From the NCBI GenBank assembly GCA_947501605.1, contig CANMWZ010000038.1, positions 1-43,965 on the forward strand: 43,965 bases of DNA. Reading direction: 5' to 3'. Shown piece after piece: positions 17,403 to 27,650 of the stretch. Source of the stretch: Planctomycetota bacterium. GTDB taxonomy: Bacteria > Planctomycetota > UBA1135 > UBA2386. Position numbers and translations under genes: made by a program. The notes beneath the pieces are model-generated. The model was not told the origin of the DNA, ran no database searches, and saw only the letters and a program-made list of their open reading frames with translations. Each line of letters begins with the position of its first letter. Positions within the stretch are counted from its first letter, which is position 1.

Positions 17403-18905
17403 ATGCGCGATGCCGCCTTCCTCGCCGTTCTCGCCTTCGCTGCCTGCGCTGCGACGCCCACGGCACCAAGGCGCCCGCCCAACGTCGTGGTGATCTTCAT
17501 CGACGACATGGGCTATCAAGACATCGGCCCGTTCGGTGGCACGACCAAGACGCCGAACCTCGACCGCATGGCGCGCGAAGGCATGCGCTTCGTCGATTTC
17601 CATGTCTCGACTGCGGTGTGCTCCGCGTCGCGCGCGGCGCTGCTGACCGGGTGCTACCACACACGCGTGTCCATTCACGGCGCGTTCGGACCTGATGCCG
17701 TCACCGGGCTGCACCCCGATGAGATGACGTTGGCGGAGCTGTGCAAGCAGAAGGGCTACGCCACCGCGTGCTTCGGCAAATGGCACCTCGGGCACCATCC
17801 GAAGTTCTTGCCACTGCAGCAGGGCTTCGACGAGTTCTTCGGCCTGCCTTACAGCAACGACATGTGGCCGCTGCACCCGGCCTATGCCGACCTTCCGCCC
17901 GACGCGACGAAGCGCAAGCAGGGCTATCCGTCGCTTCCACTGCTCGAAGGCAACGCCGTCGTCGACGCCGAGGTCACGGGCGAGGACCAAGCGCAGTTGA
18001 CGAAGTGGTTCACCGAACGCGCCGTCGCCTTCATCGCGCGCAAGCACGACCAACCGTTCTTCCTCTACGTGCCGCATTCGATGGTGCACGTGCCGCTGTT
18101 CGCGAGCCCAGAGTTCGCGGGCACGAGTGGACGCGGAACGTTCGCCGACGTGGTCATGGAGATCGATTGGTCAGTCGGGCGCATCCTCGACGCCTTGGCC
18201 GAGCACGGCATCGACGACGACACGATGGTCGTATTCACCAGCGACAACGGACCGTGGCTCAGCTACGGCGACCACGCCGGCAGTGCCGGGCCGTTCCGCG
18301 AGGGCAAGGGCACCGCATGGGAAGGCGGCCACCGGGTGCCGATGATCGTGCGCTGGCCAGGCTTCGTTCCAGAGGGCAGCGAATGCCGCGAGCTCGCAGC
18401 GACCTTCGACCTGCTGCCGACGATCGCAGCGCGGATCGGCGCGCCGTTGCCGCCGCTGCCGATCGACGGCGTCGATCTAACACCATGGTTGCGCGGCGAG
18501 GTCGTTCTGCGCGCGCCGCACGAGGCGTTCTACAACTGGTATGACGGCCAACTGCGCGGCGTTCGCAGCGGCAACTGGAAGCTGGCCCTGCCGCATCGCT
18601 ACGCGACCCTCGATGGCAAAGCAGGCGGCAGCGGCGGTCGGCCAGTTCCATATGTAACGAAGACGACGGGGCTCGCTCTCTATGACCTCGACGCCGATCC
18701 GGGAGAACAGCACGACGTCGCCGCCGCGCATCCCGACATCGTTGCGAAGCTGCAGCAGTTCGCGACGCAAGCACGCGCGGAACTCGGCGACAAGGAGCCC
18801 AATCGCACGGGCAACCCAGATTCCACCGGCAACCCAGACTCCACCATTAACTCAGTGCGGCCCGTCGGCCGCCTCGAAGTCGGCGATGCAAAACTGCAAC
18901 GCTGA
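17403..18905 (+). CDS. Cys-type sulfatase (arylsulfatase A-like), predicted lipoprotein
   Basis: PNVVVIFIDDMG, CSASRAALLTG, GKWHLG, SDNG, EGGHRVP, LYDL..DPGE. Lipobox-like AFAAC. Confidence 0.92.
   Translation: MRDAAFLAVLAFAACAATPTAPRRPPNVVVIFIDDMGYQDIGPFGGTTKTPNLDRMAREGMRFVDFHVSTAVCSASRAALLTGCYHTRVSIHGAFGPDAVTGLHPDEMTLAELCKQKGYATACFGKWHLGHHPKFLPLQQGFDEFFGLPYSNDMWPLHPAYADLPPDATKRKQGYPSLPLLEGNAVVDAEVTGEDQAQLTKWFTERAVAFIARKHDQPFFLYVPHSMVHVPLFASPEFAGTSGRGTFADVVMEIDWSVGRILDALAEHGIDDDTMVVFTSDNGPWLSYGDHAGSAGPFREGKGTAWEGGHRVPMIVRWPGFVPEGSECRELAATFDLLPTIAARIGAPLPPLPIDGVDLTPWLRGEVVLRAPHEAFYNWYDGQLRGVRSGNWKLALPHRYATLDGKAGGSGGRPVPYVTKTTGLALYDLDADPGEQHDVAAAHPDIVAKLQQFATQARAELGDKEPNRTGNPDSTGNPDSTINSVRPVGRLEVGDAKLQR
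18807..18845. repeat. 18-bp in-frame tandem duplication in the sulfatase tail
   Basis: acgggcaacccagattcc / accggcaacccagactcc / acc, encoding TGNPDS x2. Confidence 0.85.
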
Positions 18906-18918
18906 CGAGCGCGCGCCG

Positions 18919-18987
18919 CCAGTTCGCAGGGACCCAGTTCGCAGGGACCCAGTTCGCAGGGACTCAGTTCGCGAGGACTCAGTTCGG
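18919..18987. repeat. 15-bp tandem repeat (4+ units) running into a stop codon
   Basis: ccagttcgcagggac x3, tcagttcgcgaggac, then tcagttcgg containing the TGA of 18979..20682. Confidence 0.92.
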
Positions 18988-20682
18988 AAAGTAGTAGACG
19001 TAGGCGTCGTCGAGGATGGCCTGCGTAGCCGCGTCGCGGAGGCGCAGCTGAAAACGCTGCTCCCAGCGCAACTGGCTGGCGTCGAGCACGGGCGTCGGAA
19101 ACCAGAACTGCAGGCCAATCGCAAATTGCGGCGGCAGATCGAGCGGCAACGGTGCAATCCACGGCACTTCGACACCGGACGCCAGCGCGACGAAGGCCTC
19201 GACCGTCACCTGCTGCTGCGCCAGGGTCTGGTTGGCGATCGTCCAATCGAGCAGGATGTCGCCGCCGTTGGCCACACCGAGGGTCGGGTAGCCGGCCAAG
19301 TCCGTACGCACGGTCTTGTCGGGTAGGGTGAGCGGCACCGCAAACGACGCGACGAACGGCACTCCGGGTACCGTGACCGTCGCGGCCACATTGCCTTGCG
19401 GGGGGCGAAGCGAGACATCGAACAGGCCAGGCGGCACGATCGCGACCATCCGGCCAGCAGCGTCCGTGTTGTTGCCCGGCACGATCACTTCGGCGCCCGT
19501 GATCGGGTCGTTCAGTCGCAGGTTGAGATCGGCGATCGGCTGGCCGCGCACATCAAACATATCGAGCGTAATCGGGATGCCGGCAGCCAGGGTCAGCGTG
19601 CCGAGGTTGCGCGCGGCGGCGACGAGGCCGATGTTGGTCTTGAGACCGGACACGCCCAACTGAGGCGGCGGATCGACGCGGACGGCATAGCTGCCGCCAG
19701 TCGGCACGCGCACCGAGAACAGTCCGCTCCCATTGGTGTTGTCGTTGGGCGTGAACAGCTTGTGACCGAGCGCATCGAAGATGTCGATGTCGGCGCTCGC
19801 GATGGCGCCGGCCGGGCCCGCCACGGTGCCACTGAGGACAACGGCGGGATCGAGCCCGACAAAGCCCAGGCTGCGATTCTGCCCCAGGACCGCGACGCCG
19901 AACATCTGCCGCGGCGTGTGCAGGTTGGCAGTCGGTGGCACCAGGTCGAGCCGGTAGAGGCCGAACGGCAACAACACACTGAACGCACCGAGGGAGTTGG
20001 TCAGGTTGTTGGTCACCGGCACTTCGAGCTCGGTGAACTGGTCGACGACCGCGATCGCGCAGGCCGAGATCGGCAGCGGCGCCGCACCGGAACGAACCAC
20101 CGTGCCCGTGAGCAAGTAGCCCTGCGGCAGCGTGATCGTCGCAAACGTCAGCGGCCCCGTCAGCGTGACGTCGCCACGCCACGCAAACAGTGTCGTCCCC
20201 ACGGGCGGCAAGACCTCGATCGTGACTGCGGCGAGTGGCGCGACGATGGCGAAGTTGCCCGCTGCATCCGTTCCGTCGCTCGGCGTGTAGAGCTTGGTGC
20301 CGTCGGCCTGGTAGACGTTCAAGTTGGCGCTGAACAGTGGCGCCCCGGTTGGATCCACGACGGTGCCCGAAACCAGCGCCCCCGGCGACACGACGATGTT
20401 GCCCAGCGAGGTCGCGCTGTTGACGGTGACATTGAGTTCGCGAGCGGCAAGCGTCGGTGCGACTGGGTCCACTTGGAGCAGATACACCTGGTTGCGCAGA
20501 CCGGTAATCGTGAACTGGCCGAGTGCGTTGGTGGTGGCACTGAAGGCCCCGGCATTCAACTGCACCGCAGCCCCTGCGACCGGGGCTCCCGTCGAGGTGA
20601 CGACGCTGGCCGTGAGGGAGGAGGTTTGCGCGGCGAGTGCGCCCCCGAAGCAGAGGATCAGAGCGGTGGTGCGGAAACGCAT
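18979..20682 (-). CDS. Secreted protein with repeated carboxypeptidase-regulatory-like (prealbumin-fold) domains, paralog 1
   Basis: Signal peptide ending ALAA|Q, repeated SGTVV..G.P / T...G.F units, KLYTPSD and KLFTPND. Confidence 0.8.
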   Translation of the reverse strand: MRFRTTALILCFGGALAAQTSSLTASVVTSTGAPVAGAAVQLNAGAFSATTNALGQFTITGLRNQVYLLQVDPVAPTLAARELNVTVNSATSLGNIVVSPGALVSGTVVDPTGAPLFSANLNVYQADGTKLYTPSDGTDAAGNFAIVAPLAAVTIEVLPPVGTTLFAWRGDVTLTGPLTFATITLPQGYLLTGTVVRSGAAPLPISACAIAVVDQFTELEVPVTNNLTNSLGAFSVLLPFGLYRLDLVPPTANLHTPRQMFGVAVLGQNRSLGFVGLDPAVVLSGTVAGPAGAIASADIDIFDALGHKLFTPNDNTNGSGLFSVRVPTGGSYAVRVDPPPQLGVSGLKTNIGLVAAARNLGTLTLAAGIPITLDMFDVRGQPIADLNLRLNDPITGAEVIVPGNNTDAAGRMVAIVPPGLFDVSLRPPQGNVAATVTVPGVPFVASFAVPLTLPDKTVRTDLAGYPTLGVANGGDILLDWTIANQTLAQQQVTVEAFVALASGVEVPWIAPLPLDLPPQFAIGLQFWFPTPVLDASQLRWEQRFQLRLRDAATQAILDDAYVYYFPN

Positions 20683-21038
20683 GGTCTTGGCCCGAGGGAA
20701 CGGCCCATACGCACATTGGTGGAGCGGGGGCCGAGGAAACTAACTCAGGATGGACCGCCCTGCGGCCGCAATGAGGATCAAACCTCGCGGAAGCGCAGTC
20801 AGCCGGTTTCGCTCACCCACCGATGCTGCTCGCCGCATGTGCCGTGGCGTCTGCGCGTCGAGCGAAGCTGGGCTCCGCCGCTTGGTCAGCGCCGCTTGGC
20901 ACGCGAGGCTCGGCCGCAAAACACAGCGATCGCAGGCGGCAACGCGCGGGCCACACCTCGCCGCCTTCGCCGTGCACGGCAGTCTCCACCAAGGGGCGCC
21001 GAGCGCCGCCGACGCTGCGACTGCAGAACCGGCGGCAG

Positions 21039-21065
21039 GCGCTGACGAACCGACTCCGTCAGCGC
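21039..21065. terminator. Hairpin downstream of paralog 2 (possible terminator or stabiliser)
   Basis: gcgctgacg-N9-cgtcagcgc. No U-tract. Confidence 0.4.
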
Positions 21066-21087
21066 GCTGTCATCGAAACCGATCGAC

Positions 21088-22809
21088 TCAGAGGGCCACG
21101 TAGTAGACGTAGCTCTCGTCGAGCAACTGCAGCGTCGCGGCGTCGCGGAGACGCAGCATGAACTTCTGCAGGAAGCCGAGTTCATTGGCCGGCAGCAGCG
21201 GCGTCGGCACCCAGAAGGGCAGCGTCAGCGCGAGCGGGCCCGGCATCTCGAGCGGGATCTGCGGGATGAACGGGACATCGACGCCGGACGGCAATTCGAC
21301 GACCACTTCGACTGTGAAGCTCTGCAGGAGCGCGGTCTGGTTGGCGATGGCCCAGTCGATGTAGATATCGCCGCCGTTGGACACGCTCAGGATGCCGCTT
21401 CCGGCAAGGCCCGTGACGTGCGTGCGCAGCGTCTTCTGCGGCAGCGGCACCGTGCCGGCGAAGGGCGCGGAGACCGGGATGCCGTTCAGAACGAGAGGCG
21501 CGGACGTGGCACCCTGCGGCGCCTGAATCGTCAGGTCCAGCGTCCCGATCGGAACCACGGCGTGGATGACGCCAGCGGCGTCCGCAGTGTTGCCGGGGAC
21601 CACGAACTCGAAGTTGGTGGCACTGTCGCGGACCTTGGCGGTAGCGCCTGGGATCGGGGTGCCAAAGGCGTCGACGACGGCGACCGTCGCGGCCACACCA
21701 GGAACGAGATTGATCGCACCGACGTTGGTCGCCGCGTTGACCACCACGGGGTTGGTCCTGATGCCGCAGAGGCTGCGCGCTACCGGCGGATCGACGCGCA
21801 CGCTGTAGGTGCCGCCCGTTGGGACCACGACGGAGAACACGCCGGCAACGCTCGTGTTGTCGTTCGGGGTGAACAGCTTGTGGCCGTTCGCCGTGTAGAT
21901 GTCGATGTCGGCCGCACTCACAGCACCGGTCGGACTGGTGACAGTGCCGCTCAACAGCACGCCCGGGGCGCAGGTCACGAGTCCGAGGTTCCGCGGGTAG
22001 TCGGTGACGAACACGCCGAACATCTGCCTAGCGGCGTAGGGACTGCCGAGGGCCGGAACGATGTCGATCGTGTAGAGGCCGAAGGGCAGGAGCAGGTTGA
22101 AGGCACCGAGGGTGTTCGTGCGCTTGTTCGCGAGGAAGATCACTTCGCCCGTCAGTTGGCTGGTGGCAATCAACTCGGCGTTGGCGACCGGGAGCGGCGA
22201 GACGCCGCTGCGCACGACCGACCCTGTGATCGACCAGCCCTGGCGCATCGAGCGCGTGCCCATGGCGATCGTGGTGCCGACGACCGGCGACATGTCTTCG
22301 TAGATCGGGACCAGAGTCGAGCCGACGGGCGGCAGAACACGGAAGTTGATCGGCGTGATCGGCACCGACACCTTGGCGTTGCCGAGAACGTCCGAGCCGT
22401 CGTGCGGTGTGAACAGCTTGGTGCCGTCCGGCAGGAAGGCGCTCAGGTTCGCACCGAGCAGCGGCGCGCCCGTGGGGCCGACGACTTGCACCGTGATCGG
22501 CACGCCCGGTTGGATCACGCGGGTTCCGAGATTGGTGGCGCCGGTGACGGTGATGTCGAACTCCGCCGGCGCCAAGAAGTCGCCACGCGGGTCGATCTGG
22601 ATCGTGTAGACGCGGTTGCGCAACCCGGTGATCGTGAAGTTGCCGTTCACATCCGTCGCTGCCGGCAAGCCACCGTTGGACGTAATCACGGACGCATTGA
22701 GGATGGGGACGTTGTTCCAATCGACCACTCGGCCGGAGAGCGTCGAGGTCTGGGCCGCCAGCGAAGCTGTCAGCAACAGACCGACTGAGAGAATGAGGGG
22801 GAGGTTCAT
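21088..22809 (-). CDS. Secreted carboxypeptidase-regulatory-like repeat protein, paralog 2
   Basis: Colinear with paralog 1 (GLRN.VY, KLFTPNDNT, PRQMFGV/ARQMFGV, LRLRDAAT...YVYY). Signal peptide starts at ATG 22809. Confidence 0.8.
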   Translation of the reverse strand: MNLPLILSVGLLLTASLAAQTSTLSGRVVDWNNVPILNASVITSNGGLPAATDVNGNFTITGLRNRVYTIQIDPRGDFLAPAEFDITVTGATNLGTRVIQPGVPITVQVVGPTGAPLLGANLSAFLPDGTKLFTPHDGSDVLGNAKVSVPITPINFRVLPPVGSTLVPIYEDMSPVVGTTIAMGTRSMRQGWSITGSVVRSGVSPLPVANAELIATSQLTGEVIFLANKRTNTLGAFNLLLPFGLYTIDIVPALGSPYAARQMFGVFVTDYPRNLGLVTCAPGVLLSGTVTSPTGAVSAADIDIYTANGHKLFTPNDNTSVAGVFSVVVPTGGTYSVRVDPPVARSLCGIRTNPVVVNAATNVGAINLVPGVAATVAVVDAFGTPIPGATAKVRDSATNFEFVVPGNTADAAGVIHAVVPIGTLDLTIQAPQGATSAPLVLNGIPVSAPFAGTVPLPQKTLRTHVTGLAGSGILSVSNGGDIYIDWAIANQTALLQSFTVEVVVELPSGVDVPFIPQIPLEMPGPLALTLPFWVPTPLLPANELGFLQKFMLRLRDAATLQLLDESYVYYVAL

Positions 22810-23026
22810 GAGTGGTGCAAGATGGCCAGGGGGGGCGACCGCAGCGCCGAAGGCAGTGCGGAGTGCCCCTAGATCAACTCGCGTGCCATACCCAATGGGG
22901 AGGCGCGTGTGCGCGAGGTGCACACGGACGGCAGCATGACCCCGCCGGGTGCCCGCATTGCGGATAGCTCAGAGACCCGCCGGTCTTGGCGGCCTGTCCG
23001 ACGGCAGCGCACCGAGCGGCCGCCAA

Positions 23027-25150
23027 TCAGCGAACAAGTTCGGCGCCGAGTCCGGGCAGCCAGTGCAGGTCCATGCCGCGAGCTGAATCGCCCACGGCGC
23101 GTTGCAAGTTCTGCATTTCGTCGGCACTGGCGCAGAACTGGAAGGGCACGATCAACACGCGCGAACGGCCCTTCTGCCGCAGCGCATCGAGCACCTGCGG
23201 CAGCGTCGGTTCGGCGTCGATCCGGGCGACCGCAAGGTTGGCGAACATGCTGCGCCGCTTGATGACCTTCGCGGTTTCGAGTGCCAGCACGCTCTCGTAG
23301 TCGTGCTGGCTGCTGCCAGCGGGCATCACCAGCAACGTCGTGCCGCCGAACGAGCCGCCGGCGAGTGGCAGGAATGCACCGGTAGCGAACCCTTCCGCCG
23401 GCCACCCGCTGTCGCCGCCGATCGCCATCGTGTGCACGCGCTCGCGCGGCGTGTCCTTCGGCACCGCGTCGGCGAGCACGACCTCTGCATCGAGGCCACG
23501 CCCGCGCATCTGCGCGGCTTGGATCTCGGCCCACTGGCGCGCGCGCGGCAGGTCGCGTTCGAGGACCACGAAGTGCCGCGCGTCCGGCGCCGCACTAACG
23601 GCCACCGCAGCGAGGCCCAACTGCGCGCGCACCGCAGCAGTGAGTTCTTTGCCTGCGAGCGGCGCAGCGAGTTCGACCTGCGCGCCCACCGAGCGGTAGT
23701 CGTTCGCGATCTTCTCGACCTTGGCCTTCACCGACTCGTCGAAGGTGATGGTGAGCCGCGCCATCATCGGCGCCTTGTCCGGCAGACCTTCCATCGACAA
23801 CCGCGAGAGATCGGTGGGCGCGAGCGCCAGCATCGGCGACCGCAACCAACTGCCGTAGAGCGCGGTCCACAACACTGCCGCACCGCCGTCGCCGCGGCCC
23901 GCGACCAGCGTGCGCGTGCCATCGATCGGCAGGCGGCGCGTCAGGTACTCGACGATCTGTTCGAGACCTTGTTGCACCGCACCGTAGTCGGAACGGAAGC
24001 CGTCGCCCGAGTTCCAGCGCCCGCCGCGGCCGAGGTCTTGCTGGGCTTGCGGGAACGCGTGCTCCACCACCGCGATCGCCGCCGCATCGCCGATGGCGTG
24101 TTGCCAGAAGGCGAGCGCGTCGCGCGGATCCTCGCCGGCATCGGGCACGAACACGAGGAGCGGCGCCGTCCCTGCCGCCGAATCCGGCAAATGCAGGAGA
24201 TAGCGAAGCTCCTGCGCAACGGTCACCGCAAAGGTGCCTTCGAACTCGCTGCGCGCGACGGCCTGCGCATAGACGAGGTAGTCAGCCTGATCGAAGTCGC
24301 GCGTTGGCTGCACCGAGTGCATCGCGCCTGCGGTCGCAATCGCAACCGTGGCGATCTTGATGCCCTCGGCTCGCGCCATGCACTGTTTCACGGTGCCGTC
24401 GCGATACGCGGTGTGGAAGCCGCCCGCGACGTGCAACACGACCTTGCCCGGGTGGGATCGATGGGCCTTGGCCACCGCGTCCCCCATGGCGTTGTCCCAC
24501 AGGTTCTGGCCGTCGTAGAGACGCTCCTCGGTCGTGCCCGGTGCGCCGCCCATGTGCCCTCGCGTCGCGCGATCGACGCGCTGCCAGTACGCGTCGCTCG
24601 CCGGCAGGATCGTCTCGGGCATGAACGCGCGCTCGTCTGCACTGAGCTTGCTGATCGCGTCCTTGCCACCGCCCATGCCGAGCTTGCGCCGCAGCAACGC
24701 CGGAAAGTTGGCAGCGACGATCGGGATGCCCGCTGCCTTCGCCGTCTCGATGAGCGGACGGTAGTCGCTCTGGTAGTTGCCCCACGGCCGCGAACGCTGC
24801 AAGAACGTGGCTTCGTCGATCTCGCCCTTGCAGTAGGCATCGAGCGCCGGCTGCACATCGCGCTCGAACATCTCGAGCGAGAGCACGACCTCGTTGCTGC
24901 GCACGCGCAGCAACTCCTCGAGCACCGCCAACTCGACTCGATGCGTGGTGTCGTCGAGGTGGGTCTCACCCAGGAACACGACGTCGACCTTGGCGAGGGC
25001 CGCGCCGAGCGACTTCCACTCGATGCGCTCGCCACTGGCTGAGGCGAAGACGGCGGTCGCCTCCTCGAGCTGCGGCAGGAGCCGCGGCTCCTGGGCGAGT
25101 GCGACGGAGGCGGCGAGGACGAATGCGAGCGACGTAGCAGTGCGAAACAT
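23027..25150 (-). CDS. Secreted ChaN-family protein fused to degenerate alpha/beta-hydrolase and chelatase-like domains
   Basis: ChaN motifs DVVFLGETH, LSLEMFERDVQ, WGNYQSDYRPL, QNLWDNAM and GGFH. Middle LVAGRGDGG. C-terminal EPTLPQVLDALRQKGRSRVLIVPF. Confidence 0.8.
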   Translation of the reverse strand: MFRTATSLAFVLAASVALAQEPRLLPQLEEATAVFASASGERIEWKSLGAALAKVDVVFLGETHLDDTTHRVELAVLEELLRVRSNEVVLSLEMFERDVQPALDAYCKGEIDEATFLQRSRPWGNYQSDYRPLIETAKAAGIPIVAANFPALLRRKLGMGGGKDAISKLSADERAFMPETILPASDAYWQRVDRATRGHMGGAPGTTEERLYDGQNLWDNAMGDAVAKAHRSHPGKVVLHVAGGFHTAYRDGTVKQCMARAEGIKIATVAIATAGAMHSVQPTRDFDQADYLVYAQAVARSEFEGTFAVTVAQELRYLLHLPDSAAGTAPLLVFVPDAGEDPRDALAFWQHAIGDAAAIAVVEHAFPQAQQDLGRGGRWNSGDGFRSDYGAVQQGLEQIVEYLTRRLPIDGTRTLVAGRGDGGAAVLWTALYGSWLRSPMLALAPTDLSRLSMEGLPDKAPMMARLTITFDESVKAKVEKIANDYRSVGAQVELAAPLAGKELTAAVRAQLGLAAVAVSAAPDARHFVVLERDLPRARQWAEIQAAQMRGRGLDAEVVLADAVPKDTPRERVHTMAIGGDSGWPAEGFATGAFLPLAGGSFGGTTLLVMPAGSSQHDYESVLALETAKVIKRRSMFANLAVARIDAEPTLPQVLDALRQKGRSRVLIVPFQFCASADEMQNLQRAVGDSARGMDLHWLPGLGAELVR

Positions 25151-25248
25151 GGTGGGTAGCCGAGCGGAGGAAGCAGCATGACACCGCAAACCTCCGATCG
25201 ATGCGAGCGCACAGCAGCCGCGCGCTCGCGCACCGCGAGCTCAGCCCC

Positions 25249-27474
25249 TCAGAGGCCGAGCGTCAGCACCTGCCCATTGGACGCAATCGCGCCCAGCGTC
25301 GTCAGCGGCGGCGCCCAAGCGACGCCCTGGCCGACGACCGACAAGGCCAGCAGCGCCGAGTCGTTCGGGATCGACAGCACCGTCGACGCCGTCGCCGTCG
25401 GAGCGGCATAGAAGTAGCTCCAACCACCGATCACGTGCGCAAAGCAGCCTTCCATACCTGCCGAGGTCAGGTCGATCGCCGGCAGTGCCTGCTGCGTCGA
25501 CATCGCCAGCGCCGCCCACGGCGCACCGGCCGGAATGCCGCTCAGCGCCATCGTGATCGAGGTGCCGAGGATCGGCCGCGCGCTCGTGCTCAGGCTCATG
25601 CCCCGGAACACCCCAGCGCAGAGGTTGAACGCGGTCGAGGCCGACAAGTCGCGGCTGCCCGAGTCGGTGGCACCGGTGCCGGGGCTGAAGCCACAGAGAT
25701 AGGCACCGGGCGAGATCGTCACGCCTTGCCAGCAGAGGTTGACCTGACCGTTCGGGAAGAACTGGTACTGGAAGGTCAGCAACCCGCCACCGCTGAAGTT
25801 CGGCACGTTGACGAAGCTGATGATCGTGCGCGCCGCCGTGCTGTCGACCAGAACCTGACCGCCCGCACCCGGGTTGAGGTCGTGCCAGGCCGCGGCCCAA
25901 CGCGCGACGCCGGTCAAGAACGCACTGCTCGACACGCTGAAGCCGCTGCCGTTGCCGACCCCGACCGAGACGTAGCCGTTGGAGCAGACGCGCAGACTCG
26001 AGGTCGTGCCACCGGGATACTGCATCGTGAACGGCAACGTCACCGCGGCGTCGTTGTCATCCGCGAGCAGGAGCGGCGTGCCCGCCGGCGCAATCCAGGT
26101 CGCGGAGTCCATCGTCGCGACGTAGGTGCCGCCATTCAGCGCCATGCCAATCGAGCGGTTGACGAGGTCGAACGGCGCGCCCGATGGGAACAGCTCGTAG
26201 AACGAGTTCGCGCAACTGCCGCATGACGAACCCACGGTCTGAACGCGGGCCGACGGGATGCCACTCGGGACTTCACTGGCGACCGACACGGCGATCGCAC
26301 CGGGGCCCGGCCGCGCCTGGTCGACGTTGACGATGCCGAACGAGGGCGCCGCCGAGCAGTCGAACCAACAGTTGTAGATCGTGTTCCACTCGACCGCGTT
26401 GTTGGCCGCGGCAGTGAACGTGATCTCGGTCGGCGTGCGCGAGAACGACCACTGGTTCAGCGCATCGGCGTCGATGTCACGGAAGCCGAAGTTGGTGACC
26501 GTTGCAGCAGCGTCGACCGGAATGCGCAGGGTCGCCGCACCCCGCGAGTTGTCGAGGTTGTGCACCGCGTATTCGTAGTGGTAGAGCCCGGCGACCGGGC
26601 CGGTGACCTTCACGCCCACGGCGAAGCGACCGTCGTCGAGGCCGTTACCCGCGACATCGACTGTGGCGCCCGACCATTGCCGCAGGACCGAGCCTTCGAG
26701 CGAGGCGCCCGTGACGCCCGAGGACCAGTTGGTGCCATTCCACGAGATGGAGCATGGCCGACTCATCAGGTTGTTGCCGCGGTTGCCAATTGGCTCGCCC
26801 TGAATCATCAGGTGCACTTGGCCAAAGAAGTTGCCGCCACCAGCGATCTCGCTCTCGCGAACTTCGACGCGGTTCTTCACGGCGTCGAAGGCGCCAATCT
26901 GCGCACCGGACAGCGACTGCACGCGGTCGGTGGCTGCAGCACCGGCAACGACGGGATCGCCGCGGTCGAAGTAGCTGCCCTGCGAGTTCCACGTGCCGAG
27001 CCACGGGTCGATCTCGGTTGTCGGCCCGAGGTCGAAGCGGTTGCTGTTGATGCCGCTGCTGTAGGTGTCGGAACAACCGACGAACATGAACTGCCCGCCG
27101 GTGTTGTTGCACGGCGCGCACGGGCCGCTGCTGAAGTTGAACACCGCGCGCGAGTGCTTCAGGTTGCTGCGCCCCGAGACCTGCACCATGCGGCCGTCGC
27201 GTTCGCGCGCCAGCATGAATGCGATCTTCGGGTAGGTGTCGACCATGACGCCGGCGCTGTTGGCGATCCAGGGGATGTTGACTGCACCCGAGTTGCAGTA
27301 CGAGTGGCCGACACCAAAGCCGGCGTCACCGTTCGGGAACGTCCCGCGGCGACCGAAGTAGCCGACGTCGACGACTTCGTAGATGCGCGCATCCATGCCG
27401 GGCACGGCATTGCTTTGCGCAATCAGTGGCACAGCGCAGCCAAGGGCCAATGCCATTCTGGAGATGGTTCGCAT
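25249..27474 (-). CDS. Large secreted hypothetical protein with C-terminal beta-domain
   Basis: Signal peptide ending PLIA|Q, Cys-containing N-terminal domain, LPFT..YPG...VCSNG nidogen-like segment, C-terminal Q...ASNG. Confidence 0.75.
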   Translation of the reverse strand: MRTISRMALALGCAVPLIAQSNAVPGMDARIYEVVDVGYFGRRGTFPNGDAGFGVGHSYCNSGAVNIPWIANSAGVMVDTYPKIAFMLARERDGRMVQVSGRSNLKHSRAVFNFSSGPCAPCNNTGGQFMFVGCSDTYSSGINSNRFDLGPTTEIDPWLGTWNSQGSYFDRGDPVVAGAAATDRVQSLSGAQIGAFDAVKNRVEVRESEIAGGGNFFGQVHLMIQGEPIGNRGNNLMSRPCSISWNGTNWSSGVTGASLEGSVLRQWSGATVDVAGNGLDDGRFAVGVKVTGPVAGLYHYEYAVHNLDNSRGAATLRIPVDAAATVTNFGFRDIDADALNQWSFSRTPTEITFTAAANNAVEWNTIYNCWFDCSAAPSFGIVNVDQARPGPGAIAVSVASEVPSGIPSARVQTVGSSCGSCANSFYELFPSGAPFDLVNRSIGMALNGGTYVATMDSATWIAPAGTPLLLADDNDAAVTLPFTMQYPGGTTSSLRVCSNGYVSVGVGNGSGFSVSSSAFLTGVARWAAAWHDLNPGAGGQVLVDSTAARTIISFVNVPNFSGGGLLTFQYQFFPNGQVNLCWQGVTISPGAYLCGFSPGTGATDSGSRDLSASTAFNLCAGVFRGMSLSTSARPILGTSITMALSGIPAGAPWAALAMSTQQALPAIDLTSAGMEGCFAHVIGGWSYFYAAPTATASTVLSIPNDSALLALSVVGQGVAWAPPLTTLGAIASNGQVLTLGL

Positions 27475-27650
27475 GAGGTTCTCGAGTGCTGGTTCGATTC
27501 GGGGGACCTGGGGGCGAAGGCCAACAGTGTGCCATCGACCAACGCCAACGCCATCGGGCTTTCGCGATCGGATGGCCGACGGACCTGCTCGGCCAAGCAC
27601 GGGGCTCCTTGTGGGGCCCAAGAAAGCGGGCTGTAATCGGGCGCACGACC

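Noticed and set aside
18919..18987. Possible CRISPR array
   Set aside because: The 15-bp units are contiguous with no spacers, and there are no cas genes. The same applies to 7056-7138.
20750..21161. Short ORFs in the gap between the paralogs
   Set aside because: Ala/Arg-rich with no motifs or convincing start signals, so probably non-coding.
27488..27505. GGTTCGATTC, resembling a tRNA T-loop
   Set aside because: The flanks do not form a T-stem, and no cloverleaf or acceptor stem is present.
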